From Candidatus Bathyarchaeia archaeon (lineage in GTDB: Archaea; Thermoproteota; Bathyarchaeia; Bathyarchaeales; Bathycorpusculaceae): a stretch of 64,000 nt of DNA. The notes beneath the pieces were generated by a model that made no database searches, was not told where the DNA came from, and worked only from the letters and a program-made list of their open reading frames with translations. Made by a program: the position numbers and the translations under genes. This document shows positions 1-11,048 of the stretch, one piece after another (position 1 is the first letter of the stretch; every line of letters begins with the position of its first letter). Location: positions 726,452 to 790,451 of the forward strand of contig JBEKOM010000001.1 in the NCBI GenBank assembly GCA_049521795.1. Direction: 5' to 3'.

Positions 1-121
1 TAGACTTGATTCAACTGCCAAACTATTTATTTTTGTCGTTTCTACCCTTTAGAACTCCTTCTCTCTGTTGAAACATGCTCTCAAGCTTAAGGCCGTGAGC
101 GCACGCCTGCATTTTGTTGGT

Positions 122-1018
122 TCAAATGACCACGCCCATGCGGTGAAGTTCATCTAACAAGCCTGCCTTTGTCTGTTTGAGTCTAAGCCTCTGTTCAGCG
201 TATTCGTCGCCGCTTATCTTGTCAGCTCGAAAGTCCTGGTCGAGTTTTTCCAATTGTGCATCCATGTCGGTCAGTCTTGATTTGAGCTGGTCAACGTATG
301 AAATGGCTGCGGTCGGTTCTAATGTTTGAGCAGGTGTCAAAGCTGCTTTTATGGCTCCGTCTTCAATGCGTAGAATCCTGTCTCCTTGCCTAGCAACGTT
401 TGGGTCATGGGTGACCATCACGATGGTCTTGCCCAGCTCTCGGCTTATCTTCACCAAGTAGTCGACCACTATTTTGACGTTAGTAGTGTCTAATTCTCCT
501 GTTGGCTCGTCGGCTAGGATAACTGGGGCGTCGTTAGCCAGAGCCGCAGCCATCGTTATGCGTTGCTGTTCTCCGCCGCTTAATTCGTCGGGTTTATGAT
601 CCGCTCTCTGTGTTAGGCCAACTATTTCAAGGAGTTCTTGGACGCGCTCTCTTCGTTTGCTTCTTCCCGCACCTATGGCTATCATCGGCAGCTCAACGTT
701 TTCAGCAGCTGTCAGCGTGGGAATCAGGTTGAGAGTTTGGAAGATGTGTCCCACAGTTTTTCTTCGATAATCAACGAGTTGAGAGGTCGAGAGGGCCGTT
801 ACTTGCGTGTCACCTACGACTATGGAGCCTGCGGTTGCGGCGTCTAGTCCTCCTATTATGTTCAGGAGAGTGGTCTTTCCGCTCCCACTGGGTCCGATGA
901 TTGAGACCACTTCGCCCTCTTTCACCGACATGCTCAGTCCACGCAGGGCTTGAACTTCCACTTTGCCCAAACGATACACCTTGATCAGGTCTTTCACGAT
1001 TATTTCTGCGCTTTTCAA
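122..1018 (-). CDS. ABC transporter ATP-binding protein (LolD/MacB-like) with C-terminal helical extension
   Basis: Walker A GPSGSGKT, signature LSGGEQQR, Walker B ILADEPT, VTHD; overlaps permease stop (operon). Confidence 0.93.
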   Translation of the reverse strand: MKSAEIIVKDLIKVYRLGKVEVQALRGLSMSVKEGEVVSIIGPSGSGKTTLLNIIGGLDAATAGSIVVGDTQVTALSTSQLVDYRRKTVGHIFQTLNLIPTLTAAENVELPMIAIGAGRSKRRERVQELLEIVGLTQRADHKPDELSGGEQQRITMAAALANDAPVILADEPTGELDTTNVKIVVDYLVKISRELGKTIVMVTHDPNVARQGDRILRIEDGAIKAALTPAQTLEPTAAISYVDQLKSRLTDMDAQLEKLDQDFRADKISGDEYAEQRLRLKQTKAGLLDELHRMGVVI

Positions 1019-3825
1019 ACTTCTCGCACCGTCCTCTCCAATCTTGAACTGTATCTTTTTGCCATGAGAATGACCGGGATGATGGTTGACGCAAAGACGA
1101 GTACGAAAGAAATGAACAGAGTCACGATTGCGTCAGGCGGAAAGACCACGTGCCTGTTTAAGGGAGTGAATGAATAGCTCACGGAGTTCATGGCGTTGTT
1201 TGACGCGACTATTCCGCGTACCACTATGAGTCCCACGATCGTGCCTAGAAGCATCGCGAACGTGACAACCGTCAAGCTTTCGGTGAGAAGCATAACGAGC
1301 AGTTGCTTGAATGATAGCCCTCGAACACTCATGATTGAAGCCTCACGTTTCCTCTCTCTCAAGCTGACCAACGTGACTAAGGCGGTTCCAATAGAAGCCG
1401 CCACCACCATGAAAAGCACACCCAGGCGCAGAATGCTAAGCGGTCCCATAACGGAAAGGTTGCTCTGTTGCTCCGTAAGCTGCTCATCCACCGAGGAAAC
1501 CGAGCTGAGACCGTTTATCCCAGATTCGCGAACCTGATCTGCAACAGCCTTGCTGTCCGTGCCACTCTGCAACTTGATCAGTATTTTGGCCGAGGCGGAG
1601 CGAACTAGGTCTTCTTCTAACTGGTTGTACAGTCCTTCCGGAACATAGGACCAGTACTGACCTGGAGTTTGTGCCGATTGAAGCCCGAAAAACCCCACGA
1701 CCGTCAACTCTTCCGTGTGCACTGCTCCTGTGGATGAGTCACCAAAAGTCACAGCCACAACATCGCCGACCGTCTTGTTGAGAGCTTCGGCCTGGCCGCG
1801 ATCCAAAATGATGGTGTGATTGCTTGAATTCATGGCTTCAAAAGCCTTTTCAACTGAGCTACCGCTGAACAGGTCGTTCTCGTAATAAGCAGTGGAAAGC
1901 CATGTTTCTGGGTTCACCGCCCGGAACTGCACCTGCAGCTGAAATGGCCAAGCACCAAGTGAACCCGTAAAACTGTATTCTGCGATCATAGATTGGACGT
2001 GCGACACGTTGTTCCTAACGGCACTCATTATTTGCGAGGCATTTGCCGGCGAACTCAACGTAAGACTGACGTCCGAACCGACTGCCCAGCGAGCTTCGCG
2101 AACAACCAAATCTTGTTCACTCGCCAAGGTTCCAACAACCTGAAAGCTGTAGCCGATGATGAAGGCTATGAGAAACGCGACGGCGGCGGCGCGAGCAGGG
2201 TTCCTCCGAATAGCCTTGGTGGCAAGCTTACCCATATCACCCAAAAACGAGGCGGCTCTAGCCGTGATTTCCTGGAACTTCAACGACCCACTTATGAAGA
2301 TTTTCGTGATGCCCCAGAAGAACAGAAACGGCCCGACGTAATTTAGTGCAAAATCGATAGCAACAACCGTTTCTAACAAGAGGAAGACGAAAGCGTTCGC
2401 TCGGAGTCCTCCGGGCGAGCGCATCAATTCCGCTTGAAGATTGATGCCTAGAAGAAAGACGACCATCTTGAAAGAACCGAGAAGAAAGGCAGCCCAAGGC
2501 CACAGCCGCCTGTACGGTTTAACCTCTTCCACGTACACGTATTCTCTCAGAGCGTCCACTGTGACCATGTTTGAAGCCCTTCTTGCTGACCGATAGACCG
2601 AAAGAAAAGTGATGGTGACGGCGAAAACTAACGTCAATATGATGGTGCCAAGACCCAACACAGGCGCGCCCATCAGTTGGGTTCCGGCGGCCGCAACAAA
2701 CCATGGAGTAAAAGTGAAACTCAACAGTATGCCCAGCAAACCTCCGAGTAACCCTATCAGTGCAGCTTCAAAAAGGAACATCCACCAGAGTTGCCGCCTA
2801 GAGAACCCCTTGGTCAATAGGAGACCGATTTCTCGTCGTCTCAGGTTGAAAGACACATCAGAAACCGTCGAGCCCATGTACCAAGCAACAAAAAACACGG
2901 GCAAAGCTGCTACGATGAAGATAAAACGCATCCCAAACGACGCGCTCTGAAAATCGTTCAACGAACCGGCTAGATTGTTTTGAGCAGACAGACCGAAAGT
3001 TGAAACCCTTTCGTTGATCTGCGCCGTGATCGCTGCAACCTTGTCAGCTGAACCAGCGACGTCCCATGGGCTGATGAGGCTCGAGCGGTCAACAAAAACC
3101 AGAATCACGGTGCTGAGTGGATTATTATACTGAGATGGAAAACCATACGCGACATCGAGGAGCTTCGCGAAAGTCTTCTCCCAACTAGTAATCAAGAGAT
3201 TCGGTTGTGGATAAGAAAACTGGTTCAAAAACGCCAACGAAAGCGCCTGTTCACCGAGATGAACAAAACCAACTACTTTGAGATTCACAACAAATGATAA
3301 TGTGTTTAAACTTCCTGTAGCACCCTGCTGGAACACGTAAGAATAGGCGGTGATGTTTACCGAAAGAACGTCACCAACGTGAATCTTTCCAACGTCAGGG
3401 GATTCTGCCCAAACGTAGGTTTCATTTTCTCCCAAAGTGGACGTGTCACAGACGAGAGAGTGCTCAGATACCCCAATCAAATTAGTGCTGGTCGTGAAAT
3501 TGGGTCCCTCAACATAATTGAGACCTGCATTTGTGGAAATCGCCTCAACGTGAGTTATGCCTTGCACACTTGATATCGACTTAACAGCATCTGACACGTT
3601 TTTTGAGGACAACACCGTATTCCCTGATGGACCATAGTAACCGTGATCCACAGAAACATCAACTGGAACTTTGCTCAGCTGTTGATCAAGAGCCTGCCAA
3701 GCGGCCGTATCCGCGCCCACGTTGATGCCCGCGAAAAACGTTGATGCCAAAACGATTCCAAGCAATAAGGCTATGAACAGTCGCCACGAACGAACCAGGC
3801 GCTTGAACGTGTACGAAAGCGACAA
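1015..3825 (-). CDS. ABC transporter permease, FtsX/MacB-like (duplicated)
   Basis: Two FtsX motifs (RRREIGLLLTKG; ERKREASIMSVRG), multiple TM helices with large extracytoplasmic loops. Confidence 0.9.
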   Translation of the reverse strand: MSLSYTFKRLVRSWRLFIALLLGIVLASTFFAGINVGADTAAWQALDQQLSKVPVDVSVDHGYYGPSGNTVLSSKNVSDAVKSISSVQGITHVEAISTNAGLNYVEGPNFTTSTNLIGVSEHSLVCDTSTLGENETYVWAESPDVGKIHVGDVLSVNITAYSYVFQQGATGSLNTLSFVVNLKVVGFVHLGEQALSLAFLNQFSYPQPNLLITSWEKTFAKLLDVAYGFPSQYNNPLSTVILVFVDRSSLISPWDVAGSADKVAAITAQINERVSTFGLSAQNNLAGSLNDFQSASFGMRFIFIVAALPVFFVAWYMGSTVSDVSFNLRRREIGLLLTKGFSRRQLWWMFLFEAALIGLLGGLLGILLSFTFTPWFVAAAGTQLMGAPVLGLGTIILTLVFAVTITFLSVYRSARRASNMVTVDALREYVYVEEVKPYRRLWPWAAFLLGSFKMVVFLLGINLQAELMRSPGGLRANAFVFLLLETVVAIDFALNYVGPFLFFWGITKIFISGSLKFQEITARAASFLGDMGKLATKAIRRNPARAAAVAFLIAFIIGYSFQVVGTLASEQDLVVREARWAVGSDVSLTLSSPANASQIMSAVRNNVSHVQSMIAEYSFTGSLGAWPFQLQVQFRAVNPETWLSTAYYENDLFSGSSVEKAFEAMNSSNHTIILDRGQAEALNKTVGDVVAVTFGDSSTGAVHTEELTVVGFFGLQSAQTPGQYWSYVPEGLYNQLEEDLVRSASAKILIKLQSGTDSKAVADQVRESGINGLSSVSSVDEQLTEQQSNLSVMGPLSILRLGVLFMVVAASIGTALVTLVSLRERKREASIMSVRGLSFKQLLVMLLTESLTVVTFAMLLGTIVGLIVVRGIVASNNAMNSVSYSFTPLNRHVVFPPDAIVTLFISFVLVFASTIIPVILMAKRYSSRLERTVREV

Positions 3826-4221
3826 GTTTAGTCAACCAACAGTTTAATCCATGATCAATTTCAGTCTTTTGGTTCAGATGCCTAATCCTTCGCTCGGAAC
3901 ATGAAAGACAAACGATTTCAAGTTGGAAAATGCAGCGTCAATTTGAAAGCATCTGGAGAGAACAAGTCAGAACCTTCCTTTAAGAAGGAATGTTATGTAG
4001 ATGAGATCTGTATACGACGTCATGCATTAGAAGAGCATCGAAGTGTGTGAAACGTGCGCTAGAAAATTGAGGTTCTTGGATTTTGAAAGTGAGAAAAAGG
4101 ACAATTCAGACATTCTCATATTAGGAAGGCAAGGCTGTTAGTGAAATGGCCGCGGATATGATAACCAATAGGTCGTTACCCTAAATGTTATTAGGGCTCA
4201 GGCAAAATAACTTTCCATTAG

Positions 4222-5169
4222 GTGCCCTTTTTGGCGTCCCATCCGGTCTTGAACGTTTCGAACGTGACGAAGTATTACGGAAAATTCAAGGCTTTGGACT
4301 CTGTTTCTTTCTCCGTAGACAAAGGCTGGGTTTACGGTTATCTCGGACCAAACGGGGCTGGCAAAACAACCACTATAAGAATTATTCTGGGTCTCCTCAA
4401 GCCGAATCAAGGAGAAGTTCAGATAACAGGTGCAAATCCATCCAAAGACCCTGTTCAGGCATTCCAGTCTGTTGGATACGCTTCCGAACTTCCAACGCTT
4501 CAAACTTTCTTCACTGCAGAGCAATTGCTTGACTTTATGGGCAAAATGTTTGGGTTGCCCACTCAGACTAGGAAAGAAAAGACTTGGCAGCTCCTCGACC
4601 TTGTCGGTTTGAAAGAGTGGGGCAAAAAGAAGATTGGAACCTACAGCAAGGGAATGGTTCAGAGGCTGTCTGTAGCCCTTGCCCTCATCAACGACCCGAT
4701 GGTTCTGATTATGGACGAGCCCACCATAGGCATGGACCCGGAGGCCGCAGTTCACTTCCGAAACCTTTTCATGAATCTCTCAAAGGAAGGCAAAACCATC
4801 TTCATATCATCTCACCTCTTGGACGAGGTTCAGCGAATCTGCACTCACGTCGGAATGATAAACAAGGGAAAGATCGTTTTCAGCGGTCCAATTGAACAAG
4901 TCTTAGAAACCTTCACTCAGCAATGGGTGGTGGAAGTCGAGCTTGAAAAAGTAACTGAAAACATAGTTTCAAGCGTTAAGGCGCTTGAGTCTGTGAGCGA
5001 TGTTAAGGTGGAAGGAAACAGGCTAGTCATAGGGCTGAAGGAGAAGAAGGATGTGAGGGGTCAGATTTCTTCAGAAATCTTCAGACAAAAAGGCGTGCTA
5101 TTGGGCCTGAACCTTCACAAGATCACGTTGGAAGATGCTTATCTCCAAGCTCTGAAGGGAGGTCAATAG
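4222..5169 (+). CDS. ABC-2 type transporter ATP-binding protein
   Basis: GPNGAGKTT, YSKGMVQR, IMDEPT, ISSHLL. Confidence 0.93.
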   Translation: MPFLASHPVLNVSNVTKYYGKFKALDSVSFSVDKGWVYGYLGPNGAGKTTTIRIILGLLKPNQGEVQITGANPSKDPVQAFQSVGYASELPTLQTFFTAEQLLDFMGKMFGLPTQTRKEKTWQLLDLVGLKEWGKKKIGTYSKGMVQRLSVALALINDPMVLIMDEPTIGMDPEAAVHFRNLFMNLSKEGKTIFISSHLLDEVQRICTHVGMINKGKIVFSGPIEQVLETFTQQWVVEVELEKVTENIVSSVKALESVSDVKVEGNRLVIGLKEKKDVRGQISSEIFRQKGVLLGLNLHKITLEDAYLQALKGGQ

Positions 5170-5170
5170 C

Positions 5171-5998
5171 GTGGGTGCACTTGGAAGGGTTCGTGTAATT
5201 GCTGGATACGAGTGGAAGAGAGCGGTAGCCAAGAAGAGTGTCCTCGCTCTTGTGATTCTGGCCGTGGCAATTCAGACATTGGTAGTTGTCAGCATCTATG
5301 AGTTTTCTCGCTCTTCAGGGACAACGTTCTTGGGCAGTAGTAATGACTCCATGTGGATTTTGGCTGTGCTGGGGGGAGGGGCCGAAGGGGCCTTCTTTGT
5401 TCAGCTGATAGCCATCATTATTGCAGGCGGTTCAGTGTCCGATGAATATGAACACGGAACTGCTGACATAATACTGTCTAAACCGATCAGTCGAATTGAA
5501 TACTTGTTCGGGAAGTTTCTCGGCGGGTTCTCCTTGTTAGCCGTGGTTGAAGCCCTAATAACCTTCGTAGGCGTTGTCCTTTCAATCGGCTTCTTTGGTG
5601 CACAGAGCTACCTGCAATTTGCTCCGTTAATGTTCTTGGCGATGGCGTATTCTTCCCTCATCTTCTTCTGTCTATCATTCATGTTCAGCGAAGTTTTTAG
5701 AAGAACCACTCTAGCAATCCTTCTGGCCTTCGCAATATACATCGCCTCATCAGTTATAACCCCCATCTTGGCCCTCTTCTACGGCACAGTCGAACAGGCT
5801 ACTCCAACGTGGGCGGCCACAAGCTTTCCAGGGCTTCTGATGAGCGAACTGATAACCGCCCGAAATACTGTTCTTCCTCCAGTCGACACTGGAACTCTAT
5901 ACGAAGCAGCATTGATCGTCGCAGTTTACGCCATCATCTTCGTCATCATCGCAGCGTACAGGCTCCTCAAGTCGGATGTTACAAAGAAAACAGACTAG
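5171..5998 (+). CDS. ABC-2 type transporter permease
   Basis: About 6 TM helices, motif DEYEHGTADIILSKPISR; follows the ATPase by 1 nt. Confidence 0.88.
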   Translation: MGALGRVRVIAGYEWKRAVAKKSVLALVILAVAIQTLVVVSIYEFSRSSGTTFLGSSNDSMWILAVLGGGAEGAFFVQLIAIIIAGGSVSDEYEHGTADIILSKPISRIEYLFGKFLGGFSLLAVVEALITFVGVVLSIGFFGAQSYLQFAPLMFLAMAYSSLIFFCLSFMFSEVFRRTTLAILLAFAIYIASSVITPILALFYGTVEQATPTWAATSFPGLLMSELITARNTVLPPVDTGTLYEAALIVAVYAIIFVIIAAYRLLKSDVTKKTD

Positions 5999-6118
5999 AC
6001 ACGATCACGATGTCTGAGCGTCGGGATCGAAAAGCGAGGTTATCATCAGATTTCATAGAAGAGTTAAAACTCAAAACCAACCACGTTACGACCCTGAAGT
6101 CTTTTTCAGAGTTCTCGA

Positions 6119-6952
6119 CTAGTGGAAAAGCAGCGCGATGAGAGGCGCAAGACCTAAAGCCACTGGAAAGGGCAGACCAGGAAATATTCCTCTTCTTTCC
6201 AGCATCTTGAGGGCCACGAAAGCTCCGATGAGCACGCCTGTGATCGAGACAGCACAGAGGACAGGACCTGCGTTGGTCAGAACTAGAGCGGTGAGCATGG
6301 AATAAAAGGTCAGGTCGCCCAACCCGATTTGGACATCTCTGAATGACACGCTTAGGCCGCGGAGTTGTTCGAGCCCAGACTGAGCTATTTTCCCAACTGG
6401 TCCGCGGTAGACGGCGAAAACGTCGTAAGCCGCTAGAAAACTCAGGATCAAAACTGCGCTCAGGATGGGAATTGACATTCCTAGGAAGGCGCCCAGAGCT
6501 CCGCCGAGCAGCAATATTACTAAGCTGTAGACTCTGCCCCGGGCTCGAAAGATTGCTAGGTCGGCTAGCACGGTGATGGGCACTGATAGGGCTAGAACCA
6601 GAACATCGGCGTATGGAACGTTGAAGATCGATAATGCTGCGTAGAGATACACCGAGGAAAGCAGGAAGGCTGCGGCTGTGATGGCGAAGCCCGTGATCAG
6701 CGTGACCAGCTTGAGGTTCTTTCGTTTCAGGAGCAGGTAAATCAGGGAGGCGCCGACTCCTGCCAGAATGACAAAGTAGAGTCCGTTGCCTAGTGAGCCT
6801 GCGGTGCTCTCTGGAAAAGGCGTGACCGCGATGAGGGAAAAAGGTGCGACCAGCACTATTGAGGCGCAGAAGACTCCGACAAGGAGGCTTGCTACTACTG
6901 GTAGCAAGTGAATGGGTTCTGCTCTATACTTGTCGTTCAAGGTTCTTGCCAA
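6119..6952 (-). CDS. Presenilin/SPP-family (GxGD) intramembrane aspartyl protease
   Basis: Polytopic; YD (AAYDVFAV), GLGD and PGLP (PAL-equivalent) motifs. Confidence 0.85.
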   Translation of the reverse strand: MARTLNDKYRAEPIHLLPVVASLLVGVFCASIVLVAPFSLIAVTPFPESTAGSLGNGLYFVILAGVGASLIYLLLKRKNLKLVTLITGFAITAAAFLLSSVYLYAALSIFNVPYADVLVLALSVPITVLADLAIFRARGRVYSLVILLLGGALGAFLGMSIPILSAVLILSFLAAYDVFAVYRGPVGKIAQSGLEQLRGLSVSFRDVQIGLGDLTFYSMLTALVLTNAGPVLCAVSITGVLIGAFVALKMLERRGIFPGLPFPVALGLAPLIALLFH

Positions 6953-7493
6953 GTCCGGTTATGGCTGCTTCTGCTTTGACTGAGCATCTGCGGCAGAATA
7001 AGCTGTGTTTCACGTCTGTTTCGTAGATAGAAGTGGAAAAGTGCATGACGCAGAACACGTTGGAACAGTGTTCTAGACCGAAAGTGTGTCCAAGCTCATG
7101 AACCGCTTCTTTCACGCTTCTCTCATGAAACAGTTGCTCGTTTGGGAGGTCTCCGTAGTACTCTGGTCTGAGTCGCCACAGCGAGATCAACGCTGCTTTT
7201 CCATTGCAGTCTGCTTGTCCGAAGACGAAGTTCAAGTTCAGAACGAAAACGTCAACGTCAGCAACTCCAAGAACTCGGTCGAAGCGACTCTTCTCAGCGT
7301 AGCTTCTCACTTTCCCCAGAATAACGTCCGAACGGTGCTGCTCTCTCGTCTTGTTGAACGCTTTTTCGGGCAATGGAATCTCCCCATCGATTACTGTACA
7401 TGTTGACTGCGTGAGAATCGTGCTGATGCTCTCTTGAATCCTTTTTGTAGTGTCAGAATCAACCTGGCCGATGCGCAAGACTCCGATCTTCAT
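6924..7493 (-). CDS. amzA: Archaemetzincin (M54 zinc metalloprotease)
   Basis: HELGHTFGLEHC-x4-CVM and C-terminal CxxC; start moved to ATG 7493 (MKIGVL) because the longer ORF overlaps the upstream gene. Confidence 0.9.
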   Translation of the reverse strand: MKIGVLRIGQVDSDTTKRIQESISTILTQSTCTVIDGEIPLPEKAFNKTREQHRSDVILGKVRSYAEKSRFDRVLGVADVDVFVLNLNFVFGQADCNGKAALISLWRLRPEYYGDLPNEQLFHERSVKEAVHELGHTFGLEHCSNVFCVMHFSTSIYETDVKHSLFCRRCSVKAEAAITGLGKNLERQV

Positions 7494-7507
7494 CTTCCCT
7501 GTTCTCT

Positions 7508-8773
7508 CTAGACCTTGAATGTCTCGCCGGTCTTCGGCGCCGTGGCTTCGAGTCCCAATTCGGTCCGTGCCCATTTTGCCAAGAGTTCACAGTTTCCCTC
7601 TGCCCCGTGGACCACGAAGACTCTCGGTTTTCCGCCGAGTCTTTTCAGCGCTTCTCGAAGCTCGCTTGCTCCGCAATGGGATGAAAAATCAAAGTGCTCA
7701 ACGCGAGCTTTGATCTTTCTCATCTTGCCGTCGATGACGCATATACGTTTCTCAAGCAGTTCCTTCCCAGGTGTTCCCGGAATCTGGTAGCTGACCAGAA
7801 ACACCGCGTTCTCTGACCTCTTGCCGACCTTTGAAGTGTAAAAGACGGCAGGGCCACCTTTAAGCATGCCAGCGGGCGAAATGATGACGCCGGGCATTCT
7901 CGTGGCTTTTCTCCGGTCTCTCCATCCTTCAACCCAGTTGGTCGCGTGTATGGCATCAGCAAAGGCTCTCTCGTCTTTCAGAAACTGCGAGTAGTTCATC
8001 ATCACCCTGCTCACTTCACGAGCCATCCCGTCGATCGTGACTGGGTGTTCAAAATGATGAGCAGCCAAAACGCAGGCCAGCTCCTGTGACCTGCCGACTC
8101 CGAACGCTGGAACCAAGACTACGCCGCCTTTTTCCACGACTTCTGTGCACGAATCCACGAATCGTCTTTCCAGCTCCGAGCGTTCAGTGTGGTCTTCGTT
8201 CGCGTACGTGCTCTCGATTATCACGGCATCAAGGTCTCCGTAGCTCATTTTTGCACCTTCAAGCAGTCTGGTGTTCATGATGTTGAAGTCGCCGGTGTAG
8301 AGCAGCCTCTTGCCTTCTGCTTCGATGAGCGTCTGCGTGCTCCCAGGGATGTGTCCCGCGTTCTTGAACTGGAATGCCATGTCTCCTACTTTCTGTTCGG
8401 AGTCAAAGTCCACGTGCTTGCTGTTCTGCATCATCGACTTCAGTTCCAAGAATTCAAAAGGGAGGTAATAGCTGGACAGGTGGATGAAGTCTGATATCAA
8501 CAGCTGATTCAGCTCCATGCTCAGCCTGTTCGTGTAGAGCGGTTTCTTTCCCTGAATGTAAAAAATCGGTATTGCACCCGAATGGTCCAGATGACTGTGG
8601 GACAGAATTATCCCATCAACATCCTTCGGCGGTATGTGCCTAGGAAACCCAGGTTCATGGTCCAACATAGCCCCATAATCAAGCAAAACCTGAGTTTTTT
8701 CAGTCTTAACCGTTATTGCTATCCTGCCAACTTCCTGGGTGCCACCCAGAAATCCAACTTGCAGCTGTCCCAT
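7508..8773 (-). CDS. Beta-CASP metallo-beta-lactamase ribonuclease (aCPSF2-like, no KH domains)
   Basis: GGTQEVGR, SHSHLDHSG, AGHIPGS, YTGD, ESTY, FSSH, VHG motifs. Confidence 0.9.
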   Translation of the reverse strand: MGQLQVGFLGGTQEVGRIAITVKTEKTQVLLDYGAMLDHEPGFPRHIPPKDVDGIILSHSHLDHSGAIPIFYIQGKKPLYTNRLSMELNQLLISDFIHLSSYYLPFEFLELKSMMQNSKHVDFDSEQKVGDMAFQFKNAGHIPGSTQTLIEAEGKRLLYTGDFNIMNTRLLEGAKMSYGDLDAVIIESTYANEDHTERSELERRFVDSCTEVVEKGGVVLVPAFGVGRSQELACVLAAHHFEHPVTIDGMAREVSRVMMNYSQFLKDERAFADAIHATNWVEGWRDRRKATRMPGVIISPAGMLKGGPAVFYTSKVGKRSENAVFLVSYQIPGTPGKELLEKRICVIDGKMRKIKARVEHFDFSSHCGASELREALKRLGGKPRVFVVHGAEGNCELLAKWARTELGLEATAPKTGETFKV

Positions 8774-8815
8774 TTCTTTTCAACCGCTGTTTCAGTAAAC
8801 ATGCCCTACGCTGTT

Positions 8816-9421
8816 TTAAAAACGTATTGACTTTCCAGTCGAAAAAGGTTTCACCAAACCTTTCTTAATAGCCTTAAGAACCTCATCAACATCCAGAGAA
8901 GCTTGAATTTCATTACAGACAGTCCACAGTTCATCAACGTTGTGAGCGTCGCTGCCCGCAACGCCGGGGAGGCCCATTTCTTTAGCCAGGTTTTCAGCCA
9001 GCTTATTCGCATGAAGCGATGTGGAGCCGTTCAGAGTCTCAATAGCGTCGACAGCGTAGAGTTTGGCCGCGCTTCCCAGACCGTACTCTCTGTACGGGTG
9101 TGGAACAATGGTCACACCGTTTTTTTCCTCGGCAAAACTGATCACATCATTCACGTTCCATGGTTTGGGAGGGGCTTCATCTGTGCCCAAGACTATTAAG
9201 TCGCCCAGTGGTGTGCCTATTTCAATCCCTGGAATCACAAGAACGTCTGAATACGCAGAGGCCAATTCTCTGACCTTATTGTAGCCTTCGACCGTGTTGT
9301 GATCAGTTATGGCTATTGCTTTGATTGATTGGTGAGAGTAAAGCTGGTCTACCAGCGACTTCGGGTTTATTGAGGAATCAAACGAGTATTTTGTGTGTAT
9401 GTGCAGATCGGCTTGGATCAA
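8816..9421 (-). CDS. PHP domain phosphoesterase
   Basis: DLHIHT, AITDHN, PGIE, HPY, GSDAH motifs. Confidence 0.9.
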   Translation of the reverse strand: MIQADLHIHTKYSFDSSINPKSLVDQLYSHQSIKAIAITDHNTVEGYNKVRELASAYSDVLVIPGIEIGTPLGDLIVLGTDEAPPKPWNVNDVISFAEEKNGVTIVPHPYREYGLGSAAKLYAVDAIETLNGSTSLHANKLAENLAKEMGLPGVAGSDAHNVDELWTVCNEIQASLDVDEVLKAIKKGLVKPFSTGKSIRF

Positions 9422-9431
9422 CCTTGTTTCC

Positions 9432-11048
9432 TCAGTTTCTGGGCAGAATTTTCTCTAAAAGCGTCAGCAGGGCCTCTTCTTGCTCTTCATCAGTGTTGAA
9501 GCATTGAAAACTCGTTTTTCTTTTCAAACAGGCTTTTCTGGACGCTTTCAGGATCGATCTTCCCCAATTTACAGAATCGTTGAGCAGTATGACCATTTCA
9601 TAACTGTTGCGTGCGATGTACTCGGCTACTTGGTCTGCAACGTAACGCACCGTTTCCGCGTCAGGTGGAAGAACAGTTTCATACTGCGAAAGCGGATAAA
9701 CCTCGTCGAGCTCTTGTGGAACTACGCCGAATGGAGCAGCGTAGAAGCACGCGCGGACCTTGCTTTGCTTCGACCCGAGCCTGTCGGACAGTTGAGTTCC
9801 AAGTTTCCTGAAATCTCTGGACTTGTGAAAAGGCTTCATTCTTGTTTGAGGTACAAGTAAGAGTATGCTTGCGTCAGGACGAGCGTATCTTTCCGCAAGT
9901 CTCTTCCTGTGGCGAACAACTTCTGGTCGGGCCAAGTCAACAGAGTCAAAGAAGAAGAGCCCGCTGCTTTTCACCACAGGATCATTCTTTTCGATGAAAT
10001 CTTCGTATTTTCCCAGTCTTCTGAGTGCCTGAAGGAGCGATGGGTGTCCGTGTGCGCGCATCTGAAGATGTTCCCAAAGCCTGCCGTCCTTTATCGCATG
10101 CTTCAGGCGCTTCATCTCTGCGGCACAGACGTAGAGGTTGTGTTCCGCAAGAAACAACTGCCTGCCGGTTGAAGGCATCTCGGATGCTTCTTTCGGGGTT
10201 GTTCTCGTGCATCTTGGACACGCGCACGGGAAATATTCCAGCTCACTCAGCCTTGCCGTACCAGTCTCCGTCATGTAACGATCTTCTTTTGCGAACAATG
10301 AGTAGGCTGCGGAGTCGAAGAAGTCGCATCCCAGAGCCACTGCCAATGCGAACATGAAGGGGTGCCCTGCCCCGAAAAGGTGCAGCGGTCGCTCAGCGGG
10401 TAAGTTCATCTTCGCCGCCATTATCATGTCAACCAAAACGTCAAACCTGTAACGTTCCATAACTTCAGTTGGGCTTCCCAGCGCGTTTATCTCGAACGGC
10501 AGCTTTCCCATCGCTTTTGCCGATTTGGCCACGAGGTCCAGGTATTTTCCTCCTTGAACTGGGCCGACCCAGAGAATGTCGTCTCTGGTTTTCTGTTTGA
10601 AAAAGTCCTTTGCACGCTTCAACGTTTCCTTCACAGTCTCGCTTGCATCTTTTTCCGTTACCTTCCAACCTGTCGGTATATCCAGTATCGTGGCTATGTC
10701 TGGCCCAATCATCTCCTGATACTCAACGATCTCTTTCGGAGTTACTTCCACGTCTCCGTAGACCAAGATCTGGTACGCCCCAGAATCAGTCATCACTACC
10801 CCTTTGAAATCCAGAAAGTCGTGCAAACCGTCTCGTGCAGGCTGGTTCTGAGAGTGTTTTTTAAGTATGTAAGCGTTGGTTATCAGGGCCTCAAAGCCAA
10901 ACTCTTCACGGATCTTTCTCGGAGAGACCAGCTGGATTGTCGGGTTTACGACAGGAAAAAGCAGGGGAGTCTCGATTGTTCCGCTCTTTGTTCTAAGTCG
11001 GCCAATCCTTGCAAGCAAGGCTTTTTCTCTGATTTCAAAGGACATCAT
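9432..11048 (-). CDS. tgtA: Archaeosine tRNA-guanine(15) transglycosylase
   Basis: ETPLLFPV, MTDSGAYQ, PVQGG, HLFGAGHP, DFFDSAAY, CACPRC zinc site. Confidence 0.95.
   Translation of the reverse strand: MMSFEIREKALLARIGRLRTKSGTIETPLLFPVVNPTIQLVSPRKIREEFGFEALITNAYILKKHSQNQPARDGLHDFLDFKGVVMTDSGAYQILVYGDVEVTPKEIVEYQEMIGPDIATILDIPTGWKVTEKDASETVKETLKRAKDFFKQKTRDDILWVGPVQGGKYLDLVAKSAKAMGKLPFEINALGSPTEVMERYRFDVLVDMIMAAKMNLPAERPLHLFGAGHPFMFALAVALGCDFFDSAAYSLFAKEDRYMTETGTARLSELEYFPCACPRCTRTTPKEASEMPSTGRQLFLAEHNLYVCAAEMKRLKHAIKDGRLWEHLQMRAHGHPSLLQALRRLGKYEDFIEKNDPVVKSSGLFFFDSVDLARPEVVRHRKRLAERYARPDASILLLVPQTRMKPFHKSRDFRKLGTQLSDRLGSKQSKVRACFYAAPFGVVPQELDEVYPLSQYETVLPPDAETVRYVADQVAEYIARNSYEMVILLNDSVNWGRSILKASRKACLKRKTSFQCFNTDEEQEEALLTLLEKILPRN

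Noticed and set aside
6081-6097. CCACGTTACGACC-CTGA resembling a C/D guide against 16S GUCGUAAC
   Set aside because: Only an 8-nt match, with no recognisable C box or terminal stem.
9432-11048. TgtA lacking the PUA domain
   Set aside because: Shortened archaeal TGTs are already known in TACK lineages, so this is not novel.
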